Source: an uncultured Ignavibacterium sp. (GTDB taxonomy: Bacteria > Bacteroidota > Ignavibacteria > Ignavibacteriales > Ignavibacteriaceae). From it: 64,000 nt of DNA. A program made the position numbers and the translations under genes. Of the stretch, positions 47,487-56,587 are shown in pieces. Where the stretch lies: contig CAZQCC010000004.1 of NCBI GenBank assembly GCA_964592055.1, forward strand, positions 7,162 through 71,161. The letters run 5' to 3'. The notes below the pieces were generated by a model. It was not told the origin of the DNA. It did not search any database and was given only the letters and a program-made list of their open reading frames with translations. Within the stretch, counting starts at the first letter, position 1, and each line of letters begins with the position of its first letter.

Positions 47487-49679
47487 TTACTCATGCACTT
47501 CATAGAATACATCATTATAGAAGAACTTTACATTTTGTCCCAGAGCCAGAAATTGAGCCGTTTTTGGTTCCTTGTTGAGCAAAGTAAAATATTCATCTGA
47601 GTTAAACTGAATCCGCTTTGCTTTTTTCATTTCTCGTTTTTGCAATTCACTATCGACCCAATACTTATCTTGCTGATAAAAAGCTCGGCCTAAAATATTT
47701 CTTACCTGATTTGCTAAATTTTGTTTTTGTCCTTTAGAATCAGTGTAATATAATCGTTCATTGCCTTGTTTGGTTTGGTTATAGTTTGCTGCTGAGTTCA
47801 AGTCCTGAAACTCTTTGCTGACTCTTATGCTTTCGCTTCCACTTTTTTCTTTAATTCTAAAGTAATCGGCTTCGTTTTCTCTCTTCAATTCAGGTCGTGG
47901 AGCTAATGATTGTAGTCCATCAAGCAATCTTCCACCGCGAACCCGGATTTCTTCATCTTCCATTATCAAATAACTTGTGTATGGAGTAATAATTCCGTGT
48001 TCTCTGGCAAGAAAAGTTACTTCATCGACCAATTCTTTGTTCTCTCCATTAAGTCTGATCATATCAAGCAAATAGCCAATTCTGCGTGATGCCCAGAGAG
48101 TTGGAATAAAATCATACTCTTCATTTGATTTTGCAAACTCATCTAAAAGATTAAATATTTTTTCTTTACCATTCACTTTTCCTGAGAGTGTAATTTTGGA
48201 TTTACCATTGCCTTTATACCTGCCAAAAACCAGTACGTTGGAACCTTTAAAGAGGTCTGGCAAATCTTTCGGATATGTTTGATAAACTTCAATATTATCA
48301 TAATTTAATCTTATATCACTTAAAACGGGCGATTGGATTTTATCATAAAAGTTTGAGACTTTGATTTCAATATCTTCATCTTCGCTTACATAAGTTCGCC
48401 ATGCTTTTGTTGCCTCTGCAAGTTTATCCAAAAGGTGGGTGTTGATTTCATTTCCAACTCCAAAAGTAAATATTCGGGCATCTTGCTTATTGGAGGTTAA
48501 AATCCGCTTAACAAGTTTTTCATCATTCATTTCACCGATAGTTGGTTTTCCATCGGTTATAAAAACTACAAAGTGCGGACGAATAGATTTGTTATAATTC
48601 TTAAAAGTTCGTGTAAAAGCTTCTTCAATGTTTGTTCCGCCAATTGCTTTAAGATCATCAATAAATCTTTTTGCCTCATTTAGATTTTCTTTCTCTGCAC
48701 TTTTTAATTCATTAAATAAAGAATAAGCTTCAGTTGAAAATCTAATAATGTTAAAGTGATCACCGGTATTTAAATTATTTACACAATATAATAAAGCTTG
48801 TTTTGCCTGCTCAAGTTTGTCCCCGCTCATACTTCCAGAAACATCCAGAATGAATGTTATATCCTTGTTCTCAATGTTTGATTTATCAATCTCTATTGAT
48901 GGACTTGCACTCAATAAAAAATATCCATCTTTGTTTCCGGATTTGTAAGTAAATATTGACAGACCCACTTTAGATGAATTTTTAGAAAAGTAAAGTTTAA
49001 AATCAGTGTCAGGTTTTTCATTCGTATCCTCGTACGAAATAATAGCATGATTATCAGATTTATTTACAACATCAACATTATGAGTAGGGCAGTAGATATT
49101 CTTTAATGCTTCATTAGATTTTAGATCAATTTTCACTGAAACATTTTTTAGCGGTTTTGCAGAAAATTTTTCTGTGTTTAGTGGATAAATGTATTCAAAC
49201 AAGTTATTATCAGATTCTATAGCTTGGGAATAACTAATGGATATTTTCTTTTCACATCTTGGTTCGATCGGAAATATTCTAAGTTTGAAAATATTTTGTT
49301 CGCTGTACTCAAGTAAAGCAGGATCGCGCATTTGTCTTACAATATCCTCATATATTTTCCTTGCTTTATCTGAATCGAGCAGTTCAGCTTTTGTTTCTTT
49401 GCCATTAATTTCCATAGTGAAATTATTAATAACTGCACCTTTTGGAATCGGGAAAATGTAAAAACCTTCAAGCTGGTAATTAGAAGGATTATAAAATGAT
49501 TGATCAATTTTTGTAATAGCTGTTTGTCCATCAATTTTAACATCAACATTGTGATAAACAACCTCTAATGGAAATGGATTCGGTAACGGGTTTGGGCGGG
49601 GAATCACTATGAATCCATCTGCAAACAAATTACTTGATAGAAGTAAAAATGCGATTATCGAAAATATTCTTTTAAACAT
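47487..49679 (-). CDS. Secreted VIT domain plus von Willebrand A domain protein
   Basis: VIT-like VVYHNVDVKIDGQTAITKIDQSFYNPSNYQLEGFYIFPIP. The vWA MIDAS motif is FILDVSGSMSG. Confidence 0.75.
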   Translation of the reverse strand: MFKRIFSIIAFLLLSSNLFADGFIVIPRPNPLPNPFPLEVVYHNVDVKIDGQTAITKIDQSFYNPSNYQLEGFYIFPIPKGAVINNFTMEINGKETKAELLDSDKARKIYEDIVRQMRDPALLEYSEQNIFKLRIFPIEPRCEKKISISYSQAIESDNNLFEYIYPLNTEKFSAKPLKNVSVKIDLKSNEALKNIYCPTHNVDVVNKSDNHAIISYEDTNEKPDTDFKLYFSKNSSKVGLSIFTYKSGNKDGYFLLSASPSIEIDKSNIENKDITFILDVSGSMSGDKLEQAKQALLYCVNNLNTGDHFNIIRFSTEAYSLFNELKSAEKENLNEAKRFIDDLKAIGGTNIEEAFTRTFKNYNKSIRPHFVVFITDGKPTIGEMNDEKLVKRILTSNKQDARIFTFGVGNEINTHLLDKLAEATKAWRTYVSEDEDIEIKVSNFYDKIQSPVLSDIRLNYDNIEVYQTYPKDLPDLFKGSNVLVFGRYKGNGKSKITLSGKVNGKEKIFNLLDEFAKSNEEYDFIPTLWASRRIGYLLDMIRLNGENKELVDEVTFLAREHGIITPYTSYLIMEDEEIRVRGGRLLDGLQSLAPRPELKRENEADYFRIKEKSGSESIRVSKEFQDLNSAANYNQTKQGNERLYYTDSKGQKQNLANQVRNILGRAFYQQDKYWVDSELQKREMKKAKRIQFNSDEYFTLLNKEPKTAQFLALGQNVKFFYNDVFYEVHE

Positions 49680-49694
49680 TATATCACCTTTATT

Positions 49695-49771
49695 TTGTCA
49701 TCCCGAACTTGCTTCGGGATTTATTCCAAAATGGATACTGAACCTGCTTTTCTGCCGACAGGCAGGTTCAG
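49695..49771 (+). repeat. Bipartite hairpin element, copy 2
   Basis: TTGTC-ATCCCGAA-CTTGC-TTCGGGAT, then 17 nt, then CTGAACCTGC...CAGGCAGG..TTCAG. It lies between the two vWA genes. Confidence 0.6.
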
Positions 49772-49782
49772 CGTGATTCAAT

Positions 49783-50910
49783 TTATTTTTCAAATTTATA
49801 GTTCTTTTGTTTAGCTTGTTCACGGATCGTATTAATCATAACAGCATCAAGTGTACTATCATTTTTATTCTCTAGCATTTTCTGTGCTACATATTTACTT
49901 CGTTCTTCATTAAGCTTATTAATTTTATTCTGAATCTTTTCACGTTCTTTACTCATTTTATCAACATAAGCTTTTCGTTCTTCCTTACTCATCTTTTTCA
50001 TTTCATCGGGCAATTCTTCATCCTTTAATTCTTCAATTTTCACCGATCCATCTTTTTTAGCATCAACAAGATCCCAAGTGGAGTTTCTATATTGTCCGCC
50101 AGACTTAGTTACTGATCTTTGGACCATTACCTCATTACTTAAGCTCATAGAATTTGCATCCTGTTCCGCCTGCAGTTCCTTTTTTTCTCTGCCATTATTT
50201 CCAAATGCTATGTATGTTTTATTTAGTTCCTGTCCGAGTTTTATAATTTCGTCGTCTTGTGGAGCATCAATATGAACAATCTCTGCGTTGTGATCAATGT
50301 TCATATACTTGCCATCAGAAATATCGGCACCATCTTTCCACATTGTTTGTATACCCTCATCATAGTTACCACAGAAGATTGTATTTACCACGATTCCATT
50401 CTTTACAGCTTTTTTACATGCATTCTTATAATCAACATCACCTTGAGTAAATGGTTCGTTTCCTGCAATAAAAATAATTTTTAAATCATCATTTGATTTT
50501 TTCCATTGAAGATTGTTTACAGCATCAAGAATAACTTTTCCACAATATTCCTGTCCACCATTAGTTTTAAGCTTAAATAGTTCGTCTGAAATTTTATCGA
50601 GGTCCTGAGTAAATGGAACAATGTTTCTCAAATGTCCTTCTTGAGATGGAATAGCATCTTTCCCATATTCGTATAAGGCTACAAAGAGTTCAACATTCTT
50701 ACCATTTTTCCTGGAAGTGGCAAGTTCATTAACAATTTTCCATAACTGACTCTTGGCCTGATCAATTAAACCATCCATACTATTGCTTGTATCCAGCAAC
50801 AAAGCAAGTTGGATGGAATGATTTTTTGTGAACTTTGTATCAGGAATATGATTTGAAAATGTGTTGTTAGATAGGGCAGTGATTAAAATTAGAGCAACAA
50901 AGTATTTCAT
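49783..50910 (-). CDS. Secreted vWA domain protein with a Lys/Glu-rich coiled-coil tail
   Basis: MIDAS LLLDTSNSMDG. The C-terminus reads EELPDEMKKMSKEERKAYVDKMSKEREKIQNKINKLNEERSKYV. Confidence 0.65.
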   Translation of the reverse strand: MKYFVALILITALSNNTFSNHIPDTKFTKNHSIQLALLLDTSNSMDGLIDQAKSQLWKIVNELATSRKNGKNVELFVALYEYGKDAIPSQEGHLRNIVPFTQDLDKISDELFKLKTNGGQEYCGKVILDAVNNLQWKKSNDDLKIIFIAGNEPFTQGDVDYKNACKKAVKNGIVVNTIFCGNYDEGIQTMWKDGADISDGKYMNIDHNAEIVHIDAPQDDEIIKLGQELNKTYIAFGNNGREKKELQAEQDANSMSLSNEVMVQRSVTKSGGQYRNSTWDLVDAKKDGSVKIEELKDEELPDEMKKMSKEERKAYVDKMSKEREKIQNKINKLNEERSKYVAQKMLENKNDSTLDAVMINTIREQAKQKNYKFEK

Positions 50911-51020
50911 ATAAACCTCCGTAATGGATAATCAATTAAATAATCTGCTGCTTTGACTAAATGTAATTTTACTTTGTTCCTGAATTCCTCAAGAAAATTG
51001 AAAGGGGAAGGGATTTTGAC

Positions 51021-51764
51021 CTATTCTATATCAAAATTAAAATAAGTTTTTGGAAATGGTTCATTCTTCAAAGTAAAATGCCACCATTCTTCAGGCAAGT
51101 TTTTGAAACCATATCTTTCCATAAGGCTCACCAGCAATAGTCTGTTGCTTCTTTGCTGGTCCGAAAGATTTGGATTTTCAGTGTGTGATAATTCGTTAAA
51201 GCAGTCAAATCCCGTTCCCATATCAATGCTGTTATCTCTAAATCTTTCATCTTTTGATTTGTAACATTCGCATTGATTATTCAATTCAAATTCTGGTTGA
51301 GAAGGTATGGGAAGTGGAACAATGGTCAAATCAATTGTACTGCCACGACTATGTCCGGATTTTTCTGCGATGAAACCATCAATAAATAATTTACTTTTAT
51401 CAATAGTAGGATAAAATTCTTTTTTCGTAATTGTATCAGCTAAATCTTTTGCCCAACGAACAAAATGATCAACTGCTTTTTGCGGTCTATAGGCGTCATA
51501 AACTTTTAGTGTAAAACCAAATCTGTTTATTTCTTTTTGAACTTTTAATAGTGAATCAGCGGCAGCTTGAGTAATGTAACATTTTTCTGATTTATAACCA
51601 TCAACCGTAACGCCAAGAAAGTTATGATTTGTTAAGTATCTTAAATCAAGGATGATATCGGGTATAACCTCACGAATTTCGACAAACCCATTTGGAATAT
51701 TTTGAGCACTAAGCTGACCAGGAATCGAAAAAAAAATTAGAAATAATATTAGTATTCTTTTCAT
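51021..51764 (-). CDS. D-alanyl-D-alanine dipeptidase (M15D, VanX/DdpX type) with a signal peptide
   Basis: YDAYRPQKAV, SGHSRGSTIDLT and EEWWHF motifs. N-terminal signal MKRILILFLIFFSIPGQLSAQ. Confidence 0.75.
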   Translation of the reverse strand: MKRILILFLIFFSIPGQLSAQNIPNGFVEIREVIPDIILDLRYLTNHNFLGVTVDGYKSEKCYITQAAADSLLKVQKEINRFGFTLKVYDAYRPQKAVDHFVRWAKDLADTITKKEFYPTIDKSKLFIDGFIAEKSGHSRGSTIDLTIVPLPIPSQPEFELNNQCECYKSKDERFRDNSIDMGTGFDCFNELSHTENPNLSDQQRSNRLLLVSLMERYGFKNLPEEWWHFTLKNEPFPKTYFNFDIE

Positions 51765-51778
51765 CTGTTAAGACTTAC

Positions 51779-53287
51779 TCATTCGGTTTTCCAATGGCAA
51801 TCGGTGCAAAGTTGCAATTGTTCGGCTTTATCAAGATCAATGGGATGCTGAAATTTCAATCCATCAAGATCGATCCTGGTTATACCTTCACCATCAGTTT
51901 GAGAGATAATTTTGTGGCAACTGTTACAATCATTCGAGATAACTTTCCCATCATCACTTATGTGGTTTCCGTCATGACACCTAAAACATCCCGGTGTATA
52001 AACATGTGAAATATTGTCGGGAAATTGTTTCCAGTTTGCATTCATATATGGAAAATAATTTCTTGAGTAAATCGATTGCACTACCTTGATGCTTTGATCG
52101 ATTGATTGTTTTTTTGAAGCATAAATTTCCGGGTAATTGGAATTGTAAAAGTCATTTATTCTTTGATGAATAGTTTCTAATGCGTGCTGTTTGGTTGAAT
52201 ATTTATCTTCAAGAACTTCAACAGAAATGCTTTTTATGAATGGTATAGATTCATCCACATTACCACTTGCCATCATTTGATTCATCATTTTATCAGGTTG
52301 ATGATAAATATGGGATGGCCGATTATGACAATCGATACAATCCATTGTCCTTAAATTTTCTTTGTTAAAATTCTTTTCATCAAACTTTGCTTTTTTATTT
52401 CTAAAAATTGTTTCTTTACCATCCTTCGAAACAACTTTTACCCAAGGTATTTCAAGTCTGCGTTCATCAGTATGAACGTATGTAATAATGTTATCCGGAT
52501 TCGCATGCCAGTGTACTCCTTCGATTGCGCCTAGCTCACTCTTACCGCCACCAATCTTTATCAGCATGCTCAATTTTGATTTCGTGTTATTTTCATCGGA
52601 GATATAATACGTATAATCAACCTTCTTTTCATTAAAGAAGTGAGAAGGTGTATGGCACTGTTCACACGTACCTTCTGCAGGTCTTAATGCATGAACCGGA
52701 GTTGGTATTGGACGTGAGTATTTGTTAAACAAAACCGAATAAACCTGATACGCTCCTGAAAATTTTGATTTAACATACCAGCTTGTTCCCGAACCAATAT
52801 GGCAACCAACGCAACCAACTCGTGAATGAGGTGAATCCAAGTAAGCAGTATATTCCGGTTCCATAACCTGGTGGCAAATGGTTCCGCAAAACTCGTCTGT
52901 TTCTGTGTACTCATAGGCCTTAAAGCTGCCGAAAGCGGAAAATAACATCAATACTATTGTTCCGACTGAGAAGGTAACAAACATTGCTCTTTTCTTTGGA
53001 TCGTTTAAATCGATTACCGGAAGACTTTGTGATCGGAGTTTCCCTTGCTTTTCTCTTTTCCTTTCGCGAATTATACCATAGGCTATTAGTAATAATCCAA
53101 CTATCAGGATTGAAGGGAGTATTATATACGTCAGAATCCCCATATATGTATTCTCATCGCTGCTGAAAATATCCAGTATGAAAAGAAAGAGAATTAATCC
53201 AAAACTTAAAATTGCAATGCCTGCACCAGTAAGTGTAATTGGATTATAAACGTAGTGGGGAAAAATTTTTCTCATATAATTCCTCAA
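51779..53287 (-). CDS. Inner-membrane 7-haem c-type cytochrome, ImcH-like architecture
   Basis: Three N-terminal TM helices, then CGTICH (CX3CH) plus CVGCH, CEQCH, CIDCH, CFRCH, CNSCH and CTDCH. Length is 502 aa. Confidence 0.75.
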   Translation of the reverse strand: MRNYMRKIFPHYVYNPITLTGAGIAILSFGLILFLFILDIFSSDENTYMGILTYIILPSILIVGLLLIAYGIIRERKREKQGKLRSQSLPVIDLNDPKKRAMFVTFSVGTIVLMLFSAFGSFKAYEYTETDEFCGTICHQVMEPEYTAYLDSPHSRVGCVGCHIGSGTSWYVKSKFSGAYQVYSVLFNKYSRPIPTPVHALRPAEGTCEQCHTPSHFFNEKKVDYTYYISDENNTKSKLSMLIKIGGGKSELGAIEGVHWHANPDNIITYVHTDERRLEIPWVKVVSKDGKETIFRNKKAKFDEKNFNKENLRTMDCIDCHNRPSHIYHQPDKMMNQMMASGNVDESIPFIKSISVEVLEDKYSTKQHALETIHQRINDFYNSNYPEIYASKKQSIDQSIKVVQSIYSRNYFPYMNANWKQFPDNISHVYTPGCFRCHDGNHISDDGKVISNDCNSCHKIISQTDGEGITRIDLDGLKFQHPIDLDKAEQLQLCTDCHWKTE

Positions 53288-53344
53288 TTCTTATTTAAGG
53301 AAAAGAAAGATGATATTTAATAAAGAATTTAAGTAAAGCTAAGA

Positions 53345-55549
53345 TTAAACTTCATCTGAACTTTCTTCAGATTTCATTCTTTCTTCAGCTTGTTTTCTTT
53401 TAATTCTTTCAAGTTCAAGCGGATGTTCTTCAGCCATTTCTTCTTCGGTAACGGTACCTTTAAACCAGGCCAAGCTCATCGGGTAAACATCAGGATTAAA
53501 GATTACAAAGTAGAAATGCCAAATGACTATAGCAAGAAACGCTAACCAGGCTTCATAGTAATGAATTGTTCTGGCAATATCCCAATCTAGTTTTGAGAAT
53601 ACGCCTATGTAATCAATATATATCCACATTAACAAACCAGTAACAGTCATTACTATTGTTCCCCAAACTAAAGCCCAATACTCAGCTTTTTCTACATAAC
53701 TAAATCTATCAAGTTTTGGTTTCTCTTTTGATAACCCAAGATTAAATTTTGCAATACCTATTGCATCAGTAAAATCTTTTAGAGTAGGGAACAGATCCTT
53801 AACTAATTGTCTTCCTCTTTGGGTAAATGCAATGTAGTAGATGTGGTAAAAGCTAACCAAAATCATTGCAATTGCAGCAATTCTGTGTATCCAACTTCGA
53901 TATTCAACAGCATCTGGCCAAATATCTCTAATGTGAGATACCCACCAAGATTCCGGATATCTTAACATAAATCCTGTTAGTACTAAAATCATAAAACTGA
54001 TTGCCATTGTAGCGTGTTGAATTCGCTCATTAACAGTCATTCTAAGATATAGAGCATGCCCATGTTTCTCTTCTCTAATATGGCCTAGCTGTTTTAACTT
54101 TTTAATCTTAGACTTTTTAATAAGATCAAATAGATTATGAAGGAACATGCCGCCAAGAATTGAAAAGAGTAAAGAAATGTAAATTGTGGAAATCCAATAA
54201 AGAATTGGCTCATCATCTTTTTCTAGAGTAACGTGAATGGTTCCCTTTGTAAATGTTTCATTAGCCCCCGGATGACAGGAACCGCAAGTCTTCACCAAGT
54301 TATCCTTGTGGATCATTGATGTTGGATCTGAAGACGGTTTGATGTTGTGAACACCATGACAACTACCGCAATTTGCAACTGTTGCTGATCCACCACTCAA
54401 TGCTAATCCATGATATGATTCAGAAAAAGTTTTATATCTATTTGCGGACATTCCATACTTTTCTGAAAGGGCAACAGATTCATGACAAGGCGAACATATC
54501 TCCCTTGATACATTCTGAAACGCAACTGGTGAATTAGGATCATCAGCGCGTAAAATGTTATGTTCACCATGGCAGTTTGTGCAAGAAGGAGCGTCTCCGT
54601 TGCCTTTTGCTACCAACTGACCATGAATACTTTCTGAAAATTCACTCTGAATAGCACTATGGCACTTTCCGCAAGTGTTAGGGATATTTAATCTGTTAAC
54701 AGTTGAGCGGGAATCCGTACCTTTTAAAACATTGTGTGATTCGTGACAGTCAATACAGCTAGCTGCATCTCCATTTTTTTCAATGTGAAGCGCCAAACCA
54801 TGTACGCTCTTATCATAAGCATGTATAAATCCTGTAGAAGGAGTAGTTCTGTTTTTTACATCTTCATCATCCAGATGGCAGGATAAACAAAGTTTTTCCT
54901 GAGCGATCTTTTTATCAACAATCTTATCCCCAAATGCTGATCTTGTTATTGGAGATTTATGGCAGCTAATACAATTGGGTGCAAATTTATCCCCATTCTT
55001 AAAAGCAATACCATGATTTGAATTAACAAAATGTTCTGTAGCTTCTTTATGGCAATAACCACAAGATGAAATTAAATTGGTCTGGTTCCACTTGCTGCGT
55101 GAGCTGTTTACTTTCATAACATCGTGGATACCATGGCAGCTTTTACAAGATGTATCCTGCGTTTTTCCCAAACCCTTTGATTTAATTATCTGAGGGTGAA
55201 AGGAATGCTTGGTAAGATCTTTCTGATGACAGCTGACGCACTTAACATCCTGAATATTTTCAGCGTGGGGCATCGCTTCAGCATCGAAACCTTTATGGCA
55301 AGCAATACAATTTAATTTAGAATGAGAAGAACTTTTGTATACATTTTCATCAACGAACAGGGAAATTTCTTTCCCTTTTTTTTCCATAGTGAGTTCGTTA
55401 TCACTATGGCACATTAAACAGTCATCATTCGATTGAGCATATATTTTTGGGGGTAGAATAACTAATCCGATTACAAGGAGGGTTTGTATAAATTTTAAGA
55501 TGTTTGGGAAGCATCTTAATTTCTCGTATGATGATGATTTAAGTGCCAT
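53345..55549 (-). CDS. Fusion of a 13-haem periplasmic cytochrome c domain with an FdnI/HydC/PhsC-type dihaem cytochrome b membrane domain (CbcL-like)
   Basis: Signal peptide and 13 CXXCH motifs in residues about 44-430. Five TM helices follow, with conserved His (IQHATM, HRIAAIAM, FYHIYY, TIHYYEAW, WHFYF). Confidence 0.8.
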   Translation of the reverse strand: MALKSSSYEKLRCFPNILKFIQTLLVIGLVILPPKIYAQSNDDCLMCHSDNELTMEKKGKEISLFVDENVYKSSSHSKLNCIACHKGFDAEAMPHAENIQDVKCVSCHQKDLTKHSFHPQIIKSKGLGKTQDTSCKSCHGIHDVMKVNSSRSKWNQTNLISSCGYCHKEATEHFVNSNHGIAFKNGDKFAPNCISCHKSPITRSAFGDKIVDKKIAQEKLCLSCHLDDEDVKNRTTPSTGFIHAYDKSVHGLALHIEKNGDAASCIDCHESHNVLKGTDSRSTVNRLNIPNTCGKCHSAIQSEFSESIHGQLVAKGNGDAPSCTNCHGEHNILRADDPNSPVAFQNVSREICSPCHESVALSEKYGMSANRYKTFSESYHGLALSGGSATVANCGSCHGVHNIKPSSDPTSMIHKDNLVKTCGSCHPGANETFTKGTIHVTLEKDDEPILYWISTIYISLLFSILGGMFLHNLFDLIKKSKIKKLKQLGHIREEKHGHALYLRMTVNERIQHATMAISFMILVLTGFMLRYPESWWVSHIRDIWPDAVEYRSWIHRIAAIAMILVSFYHIYYIAFTQRGRQLVKDLFPTLKDFTDAIGIAKFNLGLSKEKPKLDRFSYVEKAEYWALVWGTIVMTVTGLLMWIYIDYIGVFSKLDWDIARTIHYYEAWLAFLAIVIWHFYFVIFNPDVYPMSLAWFKGTVTEEEMAEEHPLELERIKRKQAEERMKSEESSDEV

Positions 55550-55570
55550 AGTTGATAAACTTAAACCTAA

Positions 55571-55912
55571 TTATTCACCTTTAAGCGTTAATAACCAATC
55601 AACTAAAACTTTAAGATCTTCGTCGCTTCCTTTAAAGGATGATTTATGATCTTTATCGTTTAACTTAGCTTCTTTTTTCAAATATTTTGTTAAGAATTCT
55701 GCAGTCTTATCTTTTCCAACAGCAGAAAGATCTGAAGCATCAGATTTCTTTGATTCTATACCTGCTGATTGAACTGTATGACACATCTGGCATTTGTTGT
55801 CAACAAAAATTTTCTTGCCATCATCGCTTTTCTGATCTGCGATCGTATATGCAAAACCATATAGAGCAACTATGGTCACGATTAAACCAAGATAAATCAA
55901 TACGTTTTTCAT
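55571..55912 (-). CDS. Membrane-anchored monohaem cytochrome c
   Basis: N-terminal hydrophobic anchor and a single CQMCH. Length is 113 aa. Confidence 0.7.
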   Translation of the reverse strand: MKNVLIYLGLIVTIVALYGFAYTIADQKSDDGKKIFVDNKCQMCHTVQSAGIESKKSDASDLSAVGKDKTAEFLTKYLKKEAKLNDKDHKSSFKGSDEDLKVLVDWLLTLKGE

Positions 55913-55966
55913 TTGTGTTTCCTTTGTTTTATTATTTTAGATATTGATTTTTTTAATTGCTTATTA

Positions 55967-55981
55967 ACAATTACAGTACCA
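55967..55981 (-). promoter_or_regulatory. Weak sigma54-like -24/-12 candidate (TGGTAC-N5-TTGT)
   Basis: The minus strand reads TGGTACTGTAATTGT with GG-N10-GT spacing. It sits 54 nt upstream of the ATG at 55912. The -12 GC is imperfect. Confidence 0.2.
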
Positions 55982-56180
55982 CAACTTTTATTACATTATT
56001 TGCTAAAAATCCAATATTTTTATCGTTCAGATTTGATAGAATTCTCAGCTTTGGGAAGCATTTTTCTTTCAATTTCGCATGAATTGGAATAATAATTTAA
56101 CATTTGTTTACTATCAATATTTACTGCAGTTTGTGTTCATTTGGACACATCATTGAACTGAATTAACTACAATTTAGTGA

Positions 56181-56540
56181 TTAATTTGCTGGAAGTAAAA
56201 TAGGAATTTTTGATGAGATTTCGTTGAGATCAAATGGCTTGTAAAAAATCTCATTTACAAATTTTTTAATTTTATTTTCCGATCCCATGATGTTGTTATT
56301 GAATACGTAAGTAAGGATAAGGGGAAGATCGCCTTTGCATTTCTTGATATTTTCACACATCAGCAATATCTCAGAGCTAGGTTCGGTATCTAAGATAACC
56401 AGATCGGCCGAATTACTACATACCAATGAAGAAACCACATCTAAATCAGTAGTTGCTACAACTTTATACTGCGTCTGTAGATACATCAACAGACTATAGC
56501 ATAAACTAAAATCGGGGCTGTAGATTACTATGTTTTTCAT
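56181..56540 (-). CDS. Stand-alone receiver-like (REC) domain protein with a degenerate acidic pocket
   Basis: 119 aa. ADLVILDTEP carries the phospho-acceptor-position Asp and YKPF the conserved Lys. The N-terminal DD/DE pair is replaced by IVIYSPD. Confidence 0.5.
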   Translation of the reverse strand: MKNIVIYSPDFSLCYSLLMYLQTQYKVVATTDLDVVSSLVCSNSADLVILDTEPSSEILLMCENIKKCKGDLPLILTYVFNNNIMGSENKIKKFVNEIFYKPFDLNEISSKIPILLPAN

Positions 56541-56587
56541 ATTTATTTTTATGGAACTTTCCCCTTTGGAAAAGCCGGAATAGTTTT

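Noticed and set aside
56132-56149. Palindrome TGTGT-N8-ACACA about 150 bp upstream of the cytochrome operon as an enhancer or CRP/FNR-like site.
   Set aside because: The arms are only 5 bp in an AT-rich 270-bp region, so chance occurrence is likely. It does not match the FNR (TTGAT-N4-ATCAA) or CRP spacing.
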